A DNA stretch of 64,000 bases from the human T2T-CHM13v2.0 reference genome, Homo sapiens. How positions within the stretch are numbered: position 1 is the stretch's first letter; the number at the start of each line of letters is the position of its first letter. The DNA is taken from NCBI RefSeq assembly GCF_009914755.1, contig NC_060927.1; one strand, given 5' to 3'. Below, one piece after another: positions 1 to 16,048 of the stretch. The notes beneath the pieces are model-generated. The model was not told where the DNA came from. It saw only the letters and a list, made by a program, of their open reading frames with translations, and ran no database searches. A program made the translations under genes and the position numbers.

Positions 1-1159
1 CACCTATTTTGTTGGGATAGGGAGGATGGAAGGTGGGGTTCGGGGAAGATTGGAGCTGGAGAAGAGGTTAGCTGGTGATGTGTATTTGTTGAGAACAGAA
101 AGTTCAGCGCTACTTCCTCAGAGATTGAGTTAGGTGAGAGCTGAAAAGGATTTTTGGTCAAAAGGGATCTGTAGTTGGCCTCCTTGGAGAGGGGCTACAT
201 TGGAGGGTCTGAGAAGTTGGCACATTTAGACAACTACGTATTTATATAGTGTAGTCATAGCTGTTCTTGTCTGGCTTTCTTATTACAGGGAAGCTTCTCT
301 TTGATAACAACTTGTCTGGACCTTTTTCCACCCTTCTCCAGCAGACTGTCCACTCCATCTACTTTCATTTGATCTTCCTCCACCTCATTGTTTATTCTAG
401 GAAGCTTAACCTTTCTCATACAATATTCTCCTGCTTCAGTGCTCCCCCTACCACTCCAGACCTGCGTTTATTTCATTCTCAGAATAAGAGCTATCCTCTT
501 CTGCTATGAAAGTTACTCACCCTTTGTACAGGGGAGCCTCTTTCTTCTCTTCTGGGAAACTGTTGCTGCTTTATTTACATTTTCCCCCATCTCCATCTCC
601 CTATTCCTTTCTACTTTGGGTTTCATACAGAGCTCTGAGGAGAGATCACATATTGCATTATGGTAATAAATAAATAAATAATTAATAAATGCAAAAAAAA
701 ATCACAAAACCACAAGCACATTTCATTATGGGCAGAGTCAGAGGGAAATGAGCCTCCTCAGGTTTCACTTAAGCATTTTAATTTTTATCAGGCTACTCTT
801 CAAAATATGCAAAAAGTTGGTTCTAAACAGTGGTTTTAAAGCTGCAGAATCCCAACAAGGGAATGGGATGGGTTCTTGAGCCTTCTAAAAATAGAAGCTT
901 TCACCTCTATTTCATCCAGAGCAACTCCTTCTAATTCTGATTAGTAATTAATTTTGGTAAAGTGTTTTGGGGCTTTGAAAAAGTAAGCTACTATTTCAAA
1001 AGTAAATCATGGCATGTACTTCCATGAGTTAAACCTACTATATGTAGCACCTTAATTAGATGGTTTCATATTATGGAGCATCTGAAGGAATTTACTTGAT
1101 ATTGTATACTGATTGCTTTCATAGCTTATCACAAAAAGAGATTAAAAGTTTGTAAGACA

Positions 1160-1299
1160 GGCCAGATGCAGAGGCTCACACCTGTAATCCTAGCACTTTG
1201 GGAGGCCAAGGTGGGAGGATTGCTTGAGCCCAGGTGTTTGAGACTAGCCTGGGCAACATAGTGAGACTCCATCTCTATGTCTATTAATTTAAAAAAAAA
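1160..1299 (+). mobile_element. Free left Alu monomer (FLAM-like)
   Basis: Left-arm sequence plus A tail; TSD aaaagtttg/ataagaca. Confidence 0.9.
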
Positions 1300-1582
1300 G
1301 TTTATAAGACAAAAATAGTCCTAAATAAAATTATTTCTGTAAATAACTGACATAAAAATGTTGACCTAATTGTCTGCAGAATGAGGCCTGTTTCCCAAAG
1401 GCTTCAGATTGACCTCAAGGAAAATTTTGCAGTCTTAAGAAAAAGATGACCCAGCAAATGTTCTACCTAAGATGAAGTCTGATTTTGGGTATCTTTTAGA
1501 AAGTGATGAGGTAACGTATTGTATAGTCAAACAGCAAATAATATATTTAAACATTAATTTTTGTGTTTACACACACACATAA

Positions 1583-1902
<320 letters not shown>

Positions 1903-2007
1903 TACATGTAATTTTTCTATGATGTAAGTTATTTATATACTTAGAAACAATTTAATTGATTATTCTTTTTCTATTTGATAATGTAATAATACAGTGTTGA
2001 CATTTTA

Positions 2008-2693
<686 letters not shown>

Positions 2694-2694
2694 A

Positions 2695-3170
<476 letters not shown>

Positions 3171-3175
3171 TGAGA

Positions 3176-3440
3176 TTTTTTAAAGGATACAAAATTACTG
3201 CTGGATAGGAAGAATGAGTTCTAGTGTTCTATGCCACTGTAAGATGACTGTGGTTAACAATAATATCTAGTTTCAAATAGCTAGATGGATGATACCGAGT
3301 GTTTCCAACACAAAGAAATGATAAATATTTGAGATGATGGATATGCTAATTACACTGATCTGATCACTGTATATTAAATGTATCAAAATATTGCTGGGTA
3401 CCTCATAAATATGTACAATTATATGTTAATTAAAATGAGA
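3176..3440 (+). mobile_element. L1 (L1MA-type) 3' UTR fragment
   Basis: cacaaagaaatgataaatatttgagatgatggatatgctaattacactgatctgatc is typical of L1MA 3' ends. Confidence 0.85.
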
Positions 3441-3882
3441 AAATAATTTATTTTTTTCGGTTTTATTAAGGTTTAATTGACAAATAAAAATGTATATATT
3501 TATCGTGTATAATGTGATATTTTGAGATGTATATATTATAAAATGATTAAATCAGGCTAATTAGCATATCTATCACCTCACATACTTTTAATTTTTTGTG
3601 GTGAAAATATTTAAAATTGATTCTGTTAGCAATTTTCAATTATATAATTACAATGTATTATTATTAATGATAGTCACCATGCCACACAATTGATCTCCAG
3701 AACTTCTGTGTAAATGAAACTTTGTACTCTGTGACCAGCATCTCTACCCGTACCTCACGTTCCAAGTCCCTAATAACCATCATTTTACTTTCTGCTTCTG
3801 TGATTCTGACTTTTTAAGATTCTACATACAAATAAGATCATGCAGTATTTGTCTTTCTGTGCCTGGCTTATTTCACTTAGCC

Positions 3883-4169
3883 TTAAGACAGGCTCTCACT
3901 TTGTTGTCCAGGCCAGAATGCAGTGGTACAATCATAGTTCACTGTAGCCTCAAACTCCTGGGCTCAAGGGATCCTCTTGCCTTAGGTTGCTAAGTAACTA
4001 GGGCTACAGATCTGAGCCACCATACCTAGCTAATTAAAAAAAAATTTTTTTTTGTAGAGACAGGGTCTTGCCATCTTACCAAGGCTGGTCTTGAACTGGG
4101 CTCAAGCAGTCCTCCTACTTCAGCCTTCCAAAGTGCTAGGATTACAGGTGTGAGCCACTGTGCCTGGCC
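3883..4169 (-). mobile_element. AluJ-like, tailless, in L1
   Basis: Antisense Alu body. Confidence 0.9.
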
Positions 4170-5457
4170 ATTTCCTTAGTTTTTAAGGCTGAATAGTATT
4201 TGATTGTGTTCATATACTACATTCTCTTTATCCATTCATTTGTTGGGGTGGACACTTAGGTAAATTCCATATTTTGGCTATTGTGAATAATGCTGCAGTG
4301 AATATGGGAATGCAGATGTCTTTTTGACATACTGATTTCCTTTTCTTTGGATATATATCCAGAAGTGGAATTGCTGGGTCAGGTCATATGGTAGTTCTGT
4401 TTTGGATTTTTTGAGACATATCCATATGGTTTACCATACTGGCTGTACTAATTTACATTCCCACCAACAGTGTGCAAGGGTTCCTTGTCCTCACATTCTT
4501 GCCAACACTCATCTTTCATCTTTTTGATAATAGCTATCCTGAGCGTGAAGTGATATCTCATTGTGATTTTAATTTGCATTTCTCTGATTAGTGATGTTGA
4601 ACATTTTTCCATATACCTGTTGGCCATTTGTATGTCTTCTTTTGAGAAATGTCTGTTCATATCCTTTGCACATTTTAAAATTGGGTTGTTTTCTTACCAT
4701 TGAGTTGTATAAGTTCCTTATATATTTTGGATATTAGCTTCATCAAATGTATGGTGTGAAAATGTTCTCTTCCATTCCATAGGTTGTCTCTTTACTCTGT
4801 TGATTGTTTCTTTTCCTATATAGAAGCTTTTTAGTTTGATGCAATCCAGTTTGTCTATTTTTGTTTTGTTGCCTGTGCTTTTTGATCATATTCAAAAAAT
4901 CTTTGCGAAGACCAATGTCAAGAAGCTTTTTCCTATGTTTCCTTCTAGTAGTTTTACAGTTTCAGGTCTATATTTAAGTCTTTAGTCCATTTTGAATAGG
5001 TTTTTGTATATGGTATGAGATAAGGGTCTAATTTCATTCTTTTGCATGTGGATATCCGGTTGTCCCAACAGCATTTATTGAAGAGACTGTCCCTTCCCCT
5101 TGGCATCTTTGTTGAAAATCAGTTGACTGTAAATGGATAGATTTCTGGGCTGTCTATTCTGTTCAGTTGGTCTATGTATTTGTTTTTTATGTTGGTAGCA
5201 TTTTGTTTTGATTGAGATAGCTTTGTAGTAGATTTTGAAATCAAGTGTAGTGTGATGACTCTGCCTTTGTTCTTTTTGCTCAAGATTGCTTTGGCTATTT
5301 GGAGTCTTATGTAGTTCTGTACAGATTTTAAGATTATTTTTTCTATTTCTGTGAAAAATGTCATTGGAATTTTGATAGGGATTGCATTGAATCTGTAGAT
5401 CACTTTGGGTAATATGGACATTTTAACAGTATTAATTCTTCCAATCTGTGAACATAA

Positions 5458-5791
<334 letters not shown>

Positions 5792-5956
5792 TACTTTCTT
5801 TCATCAGTGTTTTATAGTTTGCAGTGTACATATCTTTCATCTCCTTGGCTAAATTTATTCCTAGGTATTTGATTGTTTTTGATGCTGTTATAAATGAGAT
5901 TGTTTCCTTGATTTTTTGTTTTGTTTTGATAGTTTGTTGTTAGTATACAGAAACAT

Positions 5957-6114
5957 GGCTGGGCATGGTTACTCTTGCCTGTAATCCCAATGCTTTAGGA
6001 GGTGGAAGGATTGCTTGAGCCCAGAATTTGAGAAGAACAGCTTGGACAACATAGTGAGAAGCCATCTCTATTAAAAAACAAACAAACAAAAAAACAAAAC
6101 AAGAAAAAAAAAAA
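5957..6114 (+). mobile_element. Alu left monomer (FLAM-like) in L1
   Basis: Left arm plus A-rich tail. Confidence 0.85.
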
Positions 6115-6840
6115 CGAATGGTACTGATCTTTGTGTGTTGATTTTGTATCCTGCAACTTTACTGAGTTTGTTTATTAGTTTTAAAAGCTTTTTGGTGGTG
6201 TCTTTAGGGTTTTCTGTTTATAAAATTATGTTATCTGCAGAGACAATTTAACTTCTTCTTTTCTGATTTGGATACTTTCATTTCTTTTTCTTACTTAATT
6301 GCTTTGGCTAGGACTTCCAATACTACGTTGAAAAGAAGTGGCAAGGGTGGGTATATTTTTCTTGTTCTTAATCTTAAAGGAAAAGCTTTCAGCTTCTCAC
6401 CATTGAGTGTGATGTTAATTGTGGGTTTGTCACATACGGCCTTTTTGTGTTGAGGTACAGCACATTCCCTCTATGCCTAATTTGTTGAGAGTTTTTATCA
6501 TGAAAGGATGTTGAATTTTGTCAAATGCTTTTTCTGTATCTTTAGAGATTACCATATGATTTTTCTCCTTCATTCTGTTAATTTGCTGTATCAATTTATT
6601 GCTGAACCATCCTTGCATCCCTGGGATTAATTCCTCTTGCTCGTGGTGAAGGATTCTTTTAATCTGCTGTTGAATTCAGATTGCTGGTTTTCTGTTGTGT
6701 ATTTTTGCATCCATGTTCATCAGGGATATTGGCCTGTAATATTCTTTTCTTGTAGTTTCCTTGTCTGGCTTTGGTATTAGTATAATGCTGACCTTGTAAA
6801 GTGAGTTTGGAAGTATGCATCCCTCTTCAGTTTTTTGAAG

Positions 6841-7143
6841 TTTTTTTTTAGAGTTTCACTTTGTCATAAAGGCTGGAGTATAGTGGCACAAGCATGGGTC
6901 ACTGCAACCTCAATCTTGTGGGGTGGGTTCAAGCAATCCTCCAACCTCAGCCTCCTGAGTAGCTGGGACTACAGGCATGTGACACCACACCTGCCTAATT
7001 TTTATTTATTTATTTTTATTTTTTGTAGAAACAGGGTCTCACTATGTTGTGCAGGCTTGTCTTGAACTCCTAGGCTTAAGCATTTCTCCTACCTCAGCCT
7101 CCTGAAGTGCTGGGATTATAGGCATGAGCCACTGCACTTGGGC
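6841..7143 (-). mobile_element. AluJ-like in L1
   Basis: Antisense Alu. Confidence 0.9.
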
Positions 7144-7918
7144 TTTTTGAAGAGTTTGAGAATTAGTATTAGTTCTTTTTAAAGTGTTTGGTAGAATTCA
7201 GCCTTGAAGCCATCAGGTCCTGGGCTTTTCCATGATGGAAGATTTTTTATTTAATTACTGATTCAGTCTCCTTACTTGTTATTAGTTTGTTCAGATTTTC
7301 TATATTTTCATGATTTAGTTTTGGTAGGTTGTACATTTTCAGGAATTTACCCATTTCTTTTAGATTATCCAATTTATTGACATAACTGTTCATCATAATC
7401 TCTTATAATCCTTTGTATTTCTGTGGTATCAGTTATAATGTCTCCTTTTTCATTTCTTATTTTGAGTCTTCTCTTTTATTTCTTTTGTAGTCCAGCTAAA
7501 AGTTTGTCCATTTTTTTTATCTTTTCAAAGAACCAACTTTTAGTTTTGTTGATCTTTTCTATTGTTTTTCTTGTTTCCATTTATTTCTGCTCTGATCTTT
7601 TTTGTTTACTCTTTCTACTAACTTTGGACTTTAGTTCGTTCTTCTTTGTCTAGTTCTTTGAGGTGTAACATTAGGTTGTTCATTTGAGATCTTTTTTCTT
7701 TTTTAATATAGGCATTTATTGCCATAAGCTTCTTTCTTAGAACTGCTTTTGCTGCATTTTGTAAGTTTTGGTATATTGTATTTCCACTTCTGTTTGTCTT
7801 AAGATATTTTTAAATTTCCCTTTTAAGTTCTTCTCTGACCCATTGGTTGTTCAGGAGAATGCTGTTTAATTTCAACCTATTTGTAAATTTTCCAAAATTC
7901 CTCCTGTTAATGATTTAT

Positions 7919-7996
7919 ATAGGTTGGTCCAAAATAATTGCGGTTTTTGCCATTGAAAGGAATGGCAAAAATGCTATTATTTTTGCACCAATCCAA
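7919..7996. mobile_element. MADE1 (Hsmar1-derived MITE)
   Basis: aggttggtccaaaataattgcggtttttgccattg-aaagg-aatggcaaaaatgctattatttttgcaccaatccaa; palindromic TIRs, followed by TA. Confidence 0.9.
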
Positions 7997-8310
7997 TACT
8001 TTCCTACCAGTGTGGTTGGAATAGACAGTTGGTATGATTTCAGTCTTTTAAAAGTTGTTAAGACTTGTTTTATGGACTATCATCTGATCTGTCCTAGAGA
8101 AAATTTCATGTGCACTTGAGAAGAATGTGTATTCTACTCTCATTGAATGGAATGTTCTGTATATGTCTGTTAGGTCCATTTTCTTTAAAGTATAGTTCAA
8201 GCCCAGTGCTTTGTCATTGATTTTCTGTGTAAATGATTTATCCATTGTTGAAAGTGTAATATTGAAGTCCCCTACTATTATTGTATTTCATTCAATCTCT
8301 ACTTTCACAT

Positions 8311-8620
8311 ATTTATTTATTTATTTATTTATTTATTTGAGATGGAGTGTTGCTCTGTTGCCTAGGCTGGAGTGCAGTGGCATGATCTAGGCTCACTGCA
8401 GCCTCCACCTCACAGGTTCAAGTGATCCTCTCCCATCAGCCTCTCAAGTAGCTGGGATTACAAGCATGTGCCGCCACATCCAGCTTATTTTTTGCATTTT
8501 CAGTAGAGACGAGGTTTCACCATGTTGGCCCCACTGGTCTCAAACTCCTGACCTCACATGATCCACCCACCTTGTCCTCCTAAAGTGCTGGGATTACAGG
8601 CATGAGCCACTGTGCCCAGC
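8311..8620 (-). mobile_element. Alu with (TTTA)n tail
   Basis: Antisense Alu. Confidence 0.95.
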
Positions 8621-8746
8621 TCAGATTTATTAATGTTTGCTTTATATTATATTATATATATATTTTATATATTTACAGCAAACATTAGGTGCTGTAACAT
8701 TAGGTACATGTGTATTTACAGTTGTTATATCCTCTTGATGAATTGA

Positions 8747-9091
<345 letters not shown>

Positions 9092-9204
9092 AGTTTTTCA
9101 CATAAAGTCCATTTTGTCTGATATAAACATAGCTGCTCCTGCTCCTTCAGGATCCCCTACCCCTTGGTGTTTAATCCTCTTAACTCTCTGAAAATGCATT
9201 TGTT

Positions 9205-9630
9205 TAGACATGTTAGTTTGAGTTCCCCAAGAAACAGACTCTGAGACAAGGATTTGAGTGCAAGTAGTTTATTTGGGTTGAGAGTAGGAGAGTTAAAAGT
9301 GAAACACTGAGGAAAAGGTGGCCAATAAAGAGTGAATTACTAAGCCAGCTCTCACTGTGGGCAATTGGTACTCAATTCTGTGCAGGAATAATTGGGAGCT
9401 GGTGTAGAACACTTACCTCAGAGTTATTCCATCTGAAGAGTGAGGAAATGAGTATTTATACCCTAACTTCTTTAGTCTTTGGCTAAGAGCTGCTCTTGAG
9501 GGTATATAGGTGGCAGAGTAGGTTACAGTGATAAGAAAAGCCCTTAGGCCAAATGGAGCTGCTGGTAGTTGGAAACCAAGAGTTGTGGTAAGGAGGGGGG
9601 ATATATAGGTGGATATTAGCAGCATCCTCT
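9205..9630 (-). mobile_element. Old MaLR LTR (MLT1-type)
   Basis: gttccccaagaaacagactctgagacaaggatttgagtgcaagtagtttatttggg resembles MLT1 LTR ends. Confidence 0.7.
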
Positions 9631-10177
9631 ATCCCAGGCTTCTGACTGAGCATTGTGGTTCAATGGTGAGCGCATCATGGTCTCCAGAGTAGACTGACCT
9701 GTGTCCAGCACCTGGCAGATATTCCTCAATAGCCTTTAGTTTCATCTCCCTTTAAAAGAACGAGGAAAAATCTATCACTTTTTAAATACGTATTTTAATC
9801 TTTCTTTAAAAATCATTTCAAGCACTTTAATCTTCAAGCATTTTTAAGCCAGCACACTTAGAGCTATACCTAAGAGGATCGTTCTTGAGGTGCCGCCTCC
9901 TGTTATGTGGCAAACGTAGTAATAGATGTTGGGGATAACAGAAATAAAAGACATGATTCCAGCCCAGAGAAGTTCCTGGGCTAGTGGGTGATTATTAGAT
10001 GGTTTATCTAGGGATCCTTTTTCAAGTGAAAAGGGACTTGAAGTGAATCATTTAGTCAACAAAAATATGTTTGTAGGTGCTTTAGAATTTGGGTCAAACC
10101 TTTTTCAGTTTCAAACCCTAGCTCTGCCTTGTTGGCTGAGTGACATTTGATGAAACAATATTTAGTCTGTCTGAGAC

Positions 10178-10546
10178 TGTATTAGTTCATTTTCACACAG
10201 CTATAAAGAACTACCTGAGGCTGGATAATTTATAAAGAAAGGAGGTTTAATTGACTCACAGTTCTGCATGGCTGGGGAGGCCTCAGGAATCTTACAATCA
10301 TGGTGGAAGGTGAAGGAGAAGGAAGGCAAGTCTTACATGGCAGCAGGAGAGAGAGAGCGAGCGAGCGAGGAGGGACCTGCCAAACACTTTTAAACATCAG
10401 ATCTCATGAGAACTCACTATCATGAGAACAGCATGGGGGAAACTGCCTCCATGATCCAATCACTTCCCAGCAGGTCCCTCCCTTGACATGTGGGGATTGC
10501 AATTTGAGATGATGTTTGGGTGGAGACACAGAGCCAAACCATATCA
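10178..10546 (-). mobile_element. MaLR solo LTR (THE1/MSTA-type) inserted into a MIR (about 10080-10620)
   Basis: tgtattagt...aaaccatatca termini; 5-bp TSD gagac/gagcc; MIR core resumes (cttagtttcctcaattgtaaaatg). Confidence 0.92.
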
Positions 10547-11354
10547 GAGCCTTAGTTTCCTCAATTGTAAAATGCAATTACTAATACCGACCGCATGGGA
10601 TTGGGGATTAAATGTAATAACCTTAAAAGATGGACTGTATTTGAGTAGAAGAGATCACAAAGGGATGAGTGAGGAGAGAGTCAATGGACAGGTCACAAAA
10701 CTATAGTAAGACAACAGAACAAAGATGCAAAAGTGGGTTTGCAGCTGGATCACGGAGGATGTTGAATGTCAAGCTAAAATAGGCCGTGGGGACTTTGCAG
10801 CAGACAGTGAGGTTTTAGTGTGTCTCAATCAGAAAGGCTGAAGAAAAAGGCCTTCAGTCTTTACACTGTCATGATATTCTTTGGTGAATGAGCTCTCCAC
10901 AGGACTTAGAGCTATACCTTTAGGGAGCTTGGTTTTCTGCATCTCTGAACCACCAACTTACAAGTCCTGCATTCATGACTAGGACCATAGAGAACCCTCT
11001 TGACATGGTGGAGAATTTGCTTATATGGAAACCTAAGAAGTTGACCCTATTAGGACCAGTCTTGATGCTACCAGTACTGATTCTTAAAATATACATTATT
11101 TGCATACATTAGCCACCAGCCCATTTTTAACGTTGGGTGGGGAGGCTAAGGCTCAAGAACATGGTAGTCTCTTAATTATAGGTAGATTTTGTGAGAAGAC
11201 TTCAGTCCTACAGGAGTTCAGAAATTTTCTCTTATTACCAGTGAACTTAAAGGATTGATGGTAAGACTGATGAAAGAGGACCTTCCACTTAAAAATGGGG
11301 AATGTTTGGTTTCCAATTGAGGTCTTACATATGTTTCTTTGATCTTATCATAAG

Positions 11355-11500
11355 CTGCTCATGTTTCCCACCTGGAGAATGTGTCAGAGGAAGAAATGAA
11401 CAGACTCCTGGGAATAGTATTGGATGTGGAATATCTCTTTACCTGTGTCCACAAGGAAGAAGATGCAGATACCAAACAAGTTTATTTCTATCTATTTAAG
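11355..11500 (+). CDS. KAT2B: KAT2B exon 3 (PCAF_N domain): (A)AHVSHLENVSEEEMNRLLGIVLDVEYLFTCVHKEEDADTKQVYFYLFK
   Basis: cataag|CTGCTCAT ... TTTAAG|gtgaga; 146 nt; the ORF track shows only an out-of-frame ORF here. Confidence 0.96.
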
Positions 11501-11751
11501 GTGAGATTTTAACATTTTAAAAACATTTTCTCTCATTATTCAAATGTACCCAGTCTCCATATGCCAGGTCGTGGCTGTGAAGGCTTTCAGCTCCTGGTAC
11601 ATTTTGCCCTCAGAGTTTGCTGAACAATACGTTTCTTCATGACTGATTCTCTAAAATGGCCCACCATAGTTTGAACACATCATTCTCTTTGAGGCTTTTA
11701 CACTTGTATGCAAAGTTGAGTATCTTGGTTTGCATATGCAAATAGATTTTT

Positions 11752-12255
11752 TCCATCCACCCAACAAATATTTATTGCACATCTGTTCTGCATGTGGCAC
11801 TAACGTAGGCATGAGGGATAGAACAGTGGACAAAACAGAGTTCTTCCCCTCATGCAATATATATTTCAGCAGAAGAGACAGTCAACAAGTAAATAATACC
11901 TTTGCAGGTGGTGATAAGTGTTGGCCGAAGAGAAACAAAGTAGGATAAGTGGAATCAGAATGGCAGGGATGGTGGCGAGTTGGGGACATGCCAGCGAGGA
12001 AGGTCAGTTAGGATAGCCTCTCTGAGGAGATGGAAGTTGAGCAGAAACCTGAGTGGGAGATAGGAGCCATCTGTGCAAAGTGCTAGGGGAAGAGACTCCG
12101 AGGCAGAGGGAGGAACGGGTATTTTAGGCCGTGCACTAAGAGAGCTTGAAGTGATGTCTGTACAGCAAGGAGGGCAGCGTGGTGGAGCCCAGCGAGCAGA
12201 GGGTTGGGTGGGAGGAGATGTAGTTGGAGGAGTGGCTGTAAGTCCTATCTCTAAT
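11752..12255 (-). mobile_element. L2 3' fragment
   Basis: caacaaatatttattgcacatctg...ggcact...gggatagaacagtggacaaaacaga is an antisense L2 3' end. Confidence 0.8.
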
Positions 12256-13041
12256 GCTTTAAGAGGAGGAATCAACATATTCCAAATTTATTTTGGTAAC
12301 TTAGCCACTGTTACCTGTTTCTCACTGACACCAGTCACCGATTACTGCTGCCATTCCCCGTAGCTGCCTCTTCACTAGTTCTACCTCAGCTCCATGTGGG
12401 TCACATCCATTCCCTACTATAGACATACATCTCCTCAAGCTTCTGATTAGAGCCAGGACTAACGATGTGGGAAGGAAACTGGTGGTGGAAATGGATAGCA
12501 AAACTTCAGGTTGCCAAAAATAGATCTATAAAGGAGGCTGCCAGAAGGAATAACCTTAAAAAAAAATAAACCTGCTACTGAGGGCATTGTAGATTATGTT
12601 GTATTGTGTAACCCTTACAAGGATGTTGAAAGCAAAACAAAAGCACTCAGAGCTTATGGGTAGGAAAAGTTTGCCTCTTCTAATAAGAAGCACTGTGCTT
12701 CATTTTATAATAACTCTCCTTCAACTCATTTATATTTATTTGTACTTCATTTTTATATGACAAAAACAGCTAAATTTTCCAGTGAGTTCCCTCTTTTGCT
12801 TTGGCTGCTAGGAATCTTAGTGCAAATTTTGTACCCAGTTCCTATAGCTCTTTTCTTTTCTTTGTCTGAACTTATTTGATTCATAATTTTGCCTTTCCCC
12901 CTTTTTATTAACTTTTGTCTTTTATTGTACTAATGGGTTTTTTTGGGTGGTTAGGAGATAGGAGTGGGAGGTAGAATTATATTTTTAAAATTTGGTAGAT
13001 ATTAAATTTGGGGATATTAACTTTAAAAAGAATAATAGGAA

Positions 13042-13073
<32 letters not shown>

Positions 13074-13624
13074 TGGGGGAAGAGAGAGAATATGAACAGC
13101 TGGATTCCCCACAGCCATTAGCAGGCACTGGACCACTTTAGGCATCCAGGTGACAACTTGTTGACATGGCTGTGAGGTTTGAGTCATTCAGCTCGAACCC
13201 TGGCAGGTTCATAGTGTTTAGAGCTTCTTTGGAAAAAGATCTTAGTTGAAGAAAAACAAGGTCTGCCTGACTACAGCTATTATTTGTCTTGGAACTGTGC
13301 TCCCTGGCAGCTCCCCACTACCCTGTTGGAAGTGAAGGTGGTGTCAAGGTTTCCATCCTGTCAGCCTCTATTTAGTTTATAACCAACCAAACAAGCCAGA
13401 AAGCATTGCTCTGCTTTAAAGTACATCTTCTCTCTCTTTCTTCCCTCCTTCATCTTAAAATAACAGTGCAAATATATTTGCTTGTGGAAACACAATCCAA
13501 AATATTCAGCATTCTCCCCACCTCCTGCAAAAAGTATTATTCTTGGGCAAATAAGTTATAAATAATCTATTCCTTAGCTTCTGAAAGGCAATTCCTAAAA
13601 ACAAAACAAAAATAATGATTAAAA

Positions 13625-13929
13625 TTTTTTTTTAATTTTAACTTTTTTGAGACAGAATCTTACTCTGTCATCCAGGCTAGAGTGAAGTGGTGTGATCTCA
13701 GCTCACTGCAACCTCCACCACCTGAGTTCAAGTGATTCTCCTGCCTCAGCCTCCTGAGTAGCTGGGATTACAGGTGTGTGCCGCCATGCCCGGCTAATAT
13801 TTGTATTTTTAGTAGAGATGGGGTTTCACATTGTCGGCCACGCTTGTCTTGAACTCCTAGCCTCAAGTGATCTCCCCCCTCGGCCTTCCAAAGTGCTGGG
13901 ATTACAGGCATGAGCCACTGCATCTGGCC
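13625..13929 (-). mobile_element. Alu
   Basis: Antisense Alu. Confidence 0.95.
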
Positions 13930-14040
13930 CATGATTTTTTAAAAAGAAAAAAAGAGAAAGGCAGTTCCTGTGTCTCATGTGTCAATAATTAAAGTAAAAA
14001 TGTGTTACATATTTTAGTAGAATTAAAAAATTTCAGTCTT

Positions 14041-14342
<302 letters not shown>

Positions 14343-15836
14343 GTCAGTCTTAGATGTTGAACATAAACCCAATGGAAAGCTGCGTCCTAAAGTTGAAGTA
14401 TATCTTAGTGCTTACAAATGTGGCGCTGGAGTCTAACTACCTGGGTTTAAAACTTTGCTCTATCACTTACTAAATGTGACTTTGGGCAAGTTAATCTGCC
14501 TTGTTAGTAGTAGCACCTACCTCAAAAGGTTGTAAGTATTAAATGAGATAATATATGTGAAGAACCATGAAGATTGTCTGTTGAAATTAAGGATGCAAAT
14601 GCCTGCTGCTATTAAGAACTTTTTTTTATATGCACACTTATCCCAGCTTCATCATCTTATAGATAAACTGAAGTTCAACATCTCCACAATCCATCAGTTT
14701 ACCTCCAAATTGAAACCCCCAAATGGGCCAAGTTCCTAAATGGTCTTATTTTAACTGGGGAAAAAAAGTAAGCAACCAGAATTATTTGTATTTAATTTTT
14801 ATGACCAATCTTTAGATATTCTTAGAAACATATACAATGACTTATCTTTATTGCTAATTTGCTTTTATAAAGATGGGCATAATACTTGAAAGGATGAACA
14901 GATGCCCCATACTCATAATTTGTATGGCACCCCTGGAAGGAGTTGAGGTCCTTGTAAGACACAGTTCAGTGGTGAGACATGGTCATCTTCAATCTTGGTG
15001 GTTCATCAGGTTCCATTTACCCCTGAGAGAATGGTTTCCATGTTTTGTTTCTACTGAAAAGGCAGTAAGCGAGAAAGGAGGGAAAGATGTTACTTAAATA
15101 AATGTGTGGCCATATCTAACTGACCCACATGTAAAAGTTACAGAAGATTCAAGCAAAGATCGAAGGTAAAGAATTTCAATATCAAATTTATTTTCTGCGT
15201 TGTTCTTGGTAAGTGGCTCTGTGTTCCCTTTTCTGTTTGCTCTTTGAGAGCTTTAAATTCCAGTGGCAGGAATTAAGAGCAGTGTTTTTGTTTTGTGGGC
15301 ATTGAGATGCCAGAACAGTTGGCCTGCATTCTACGGATGGAAGGGAAATGAAAAAAAGACTGTAACAGTGAAAGTTGCCCATTTAGAGCTCTGCAGACTT
15401 TCTTCCTAAAGAGCCTGTGCCCTAGATGATGCGTATGCCGTGCAGCTGCTGTAGACAGCTCCTGTCCCCTGGCCTCTTTTGTGCAGAATAGATCTTGGTC
15501 TCTCACGTCTTTAAATAAGATCCTCTAGAGCTTCAGCACACCTATAGTGGCCTGGATGGGCATGTGCCAAGTGTGTAGGGTTGCATACCAGGCCTCTGGG
15601 TCAATGGAAAGCCAGAAACAGTGGGGAGAAGAGGGAAGTGCATGGGACGGTGGTGTCTGTTGGACCAGCATGGGTGGCCTAGGCTGCCCAGAACATGAAA
15701 GGTGTCCATTTCTTCATAACTCTGGCCGTGGACATGAAGGCCAATTTGGGTTACCTGATAGTTGCCCATTTTATTGACTTAAGGATTTGTTTATATATAG
15801 TTAAGATAAATAGAATATGGTAACTTCCTTTAAAGG

Positions 15837-15905
15837 CTGTGTGTGTGTGTGTAAGAGAGAGAGAGAGAGACAGACAGAAACAGAAGAGAGAGGAGAGAGA
15901 GATAG
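15837..15905. repeat. (GT)n/(GA)n microsatellite upstream of exon 4
   Basis: Direct inspection. Confidence 0.9.
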
Positions 15906-15955
15906 ACATACCAATTAAGTTTTTCTTTTTCTTTTTTTTAATGATTTCTTTGCAG

Positions 15956-16048
15956 CTCTTGAGAAAGTCTATTTTACAAAGAGGAAAACCTGTGGTTGAA
16001 GGCTCTTTGGAAAAGAAACCCCCATTTGAAAAACCTAGCATTGAACAG
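15956..16048 (+). CDS. KAT2B: KAT2B exon 4: LLRKSILQRGKPVVEGSLEKKPPFEKPSIEQ
   Basis: tttgcag|CTCTTG ... GAACAG|gtaaaa; 93 nt, phase 0-0. Confidence 0.97.

Noticed and set aside
11302-11499. ORF MFGFQLRSY... overlapping exon 3
   Set aside because: Wrong frame; the true exon 3 frame is set by splicing
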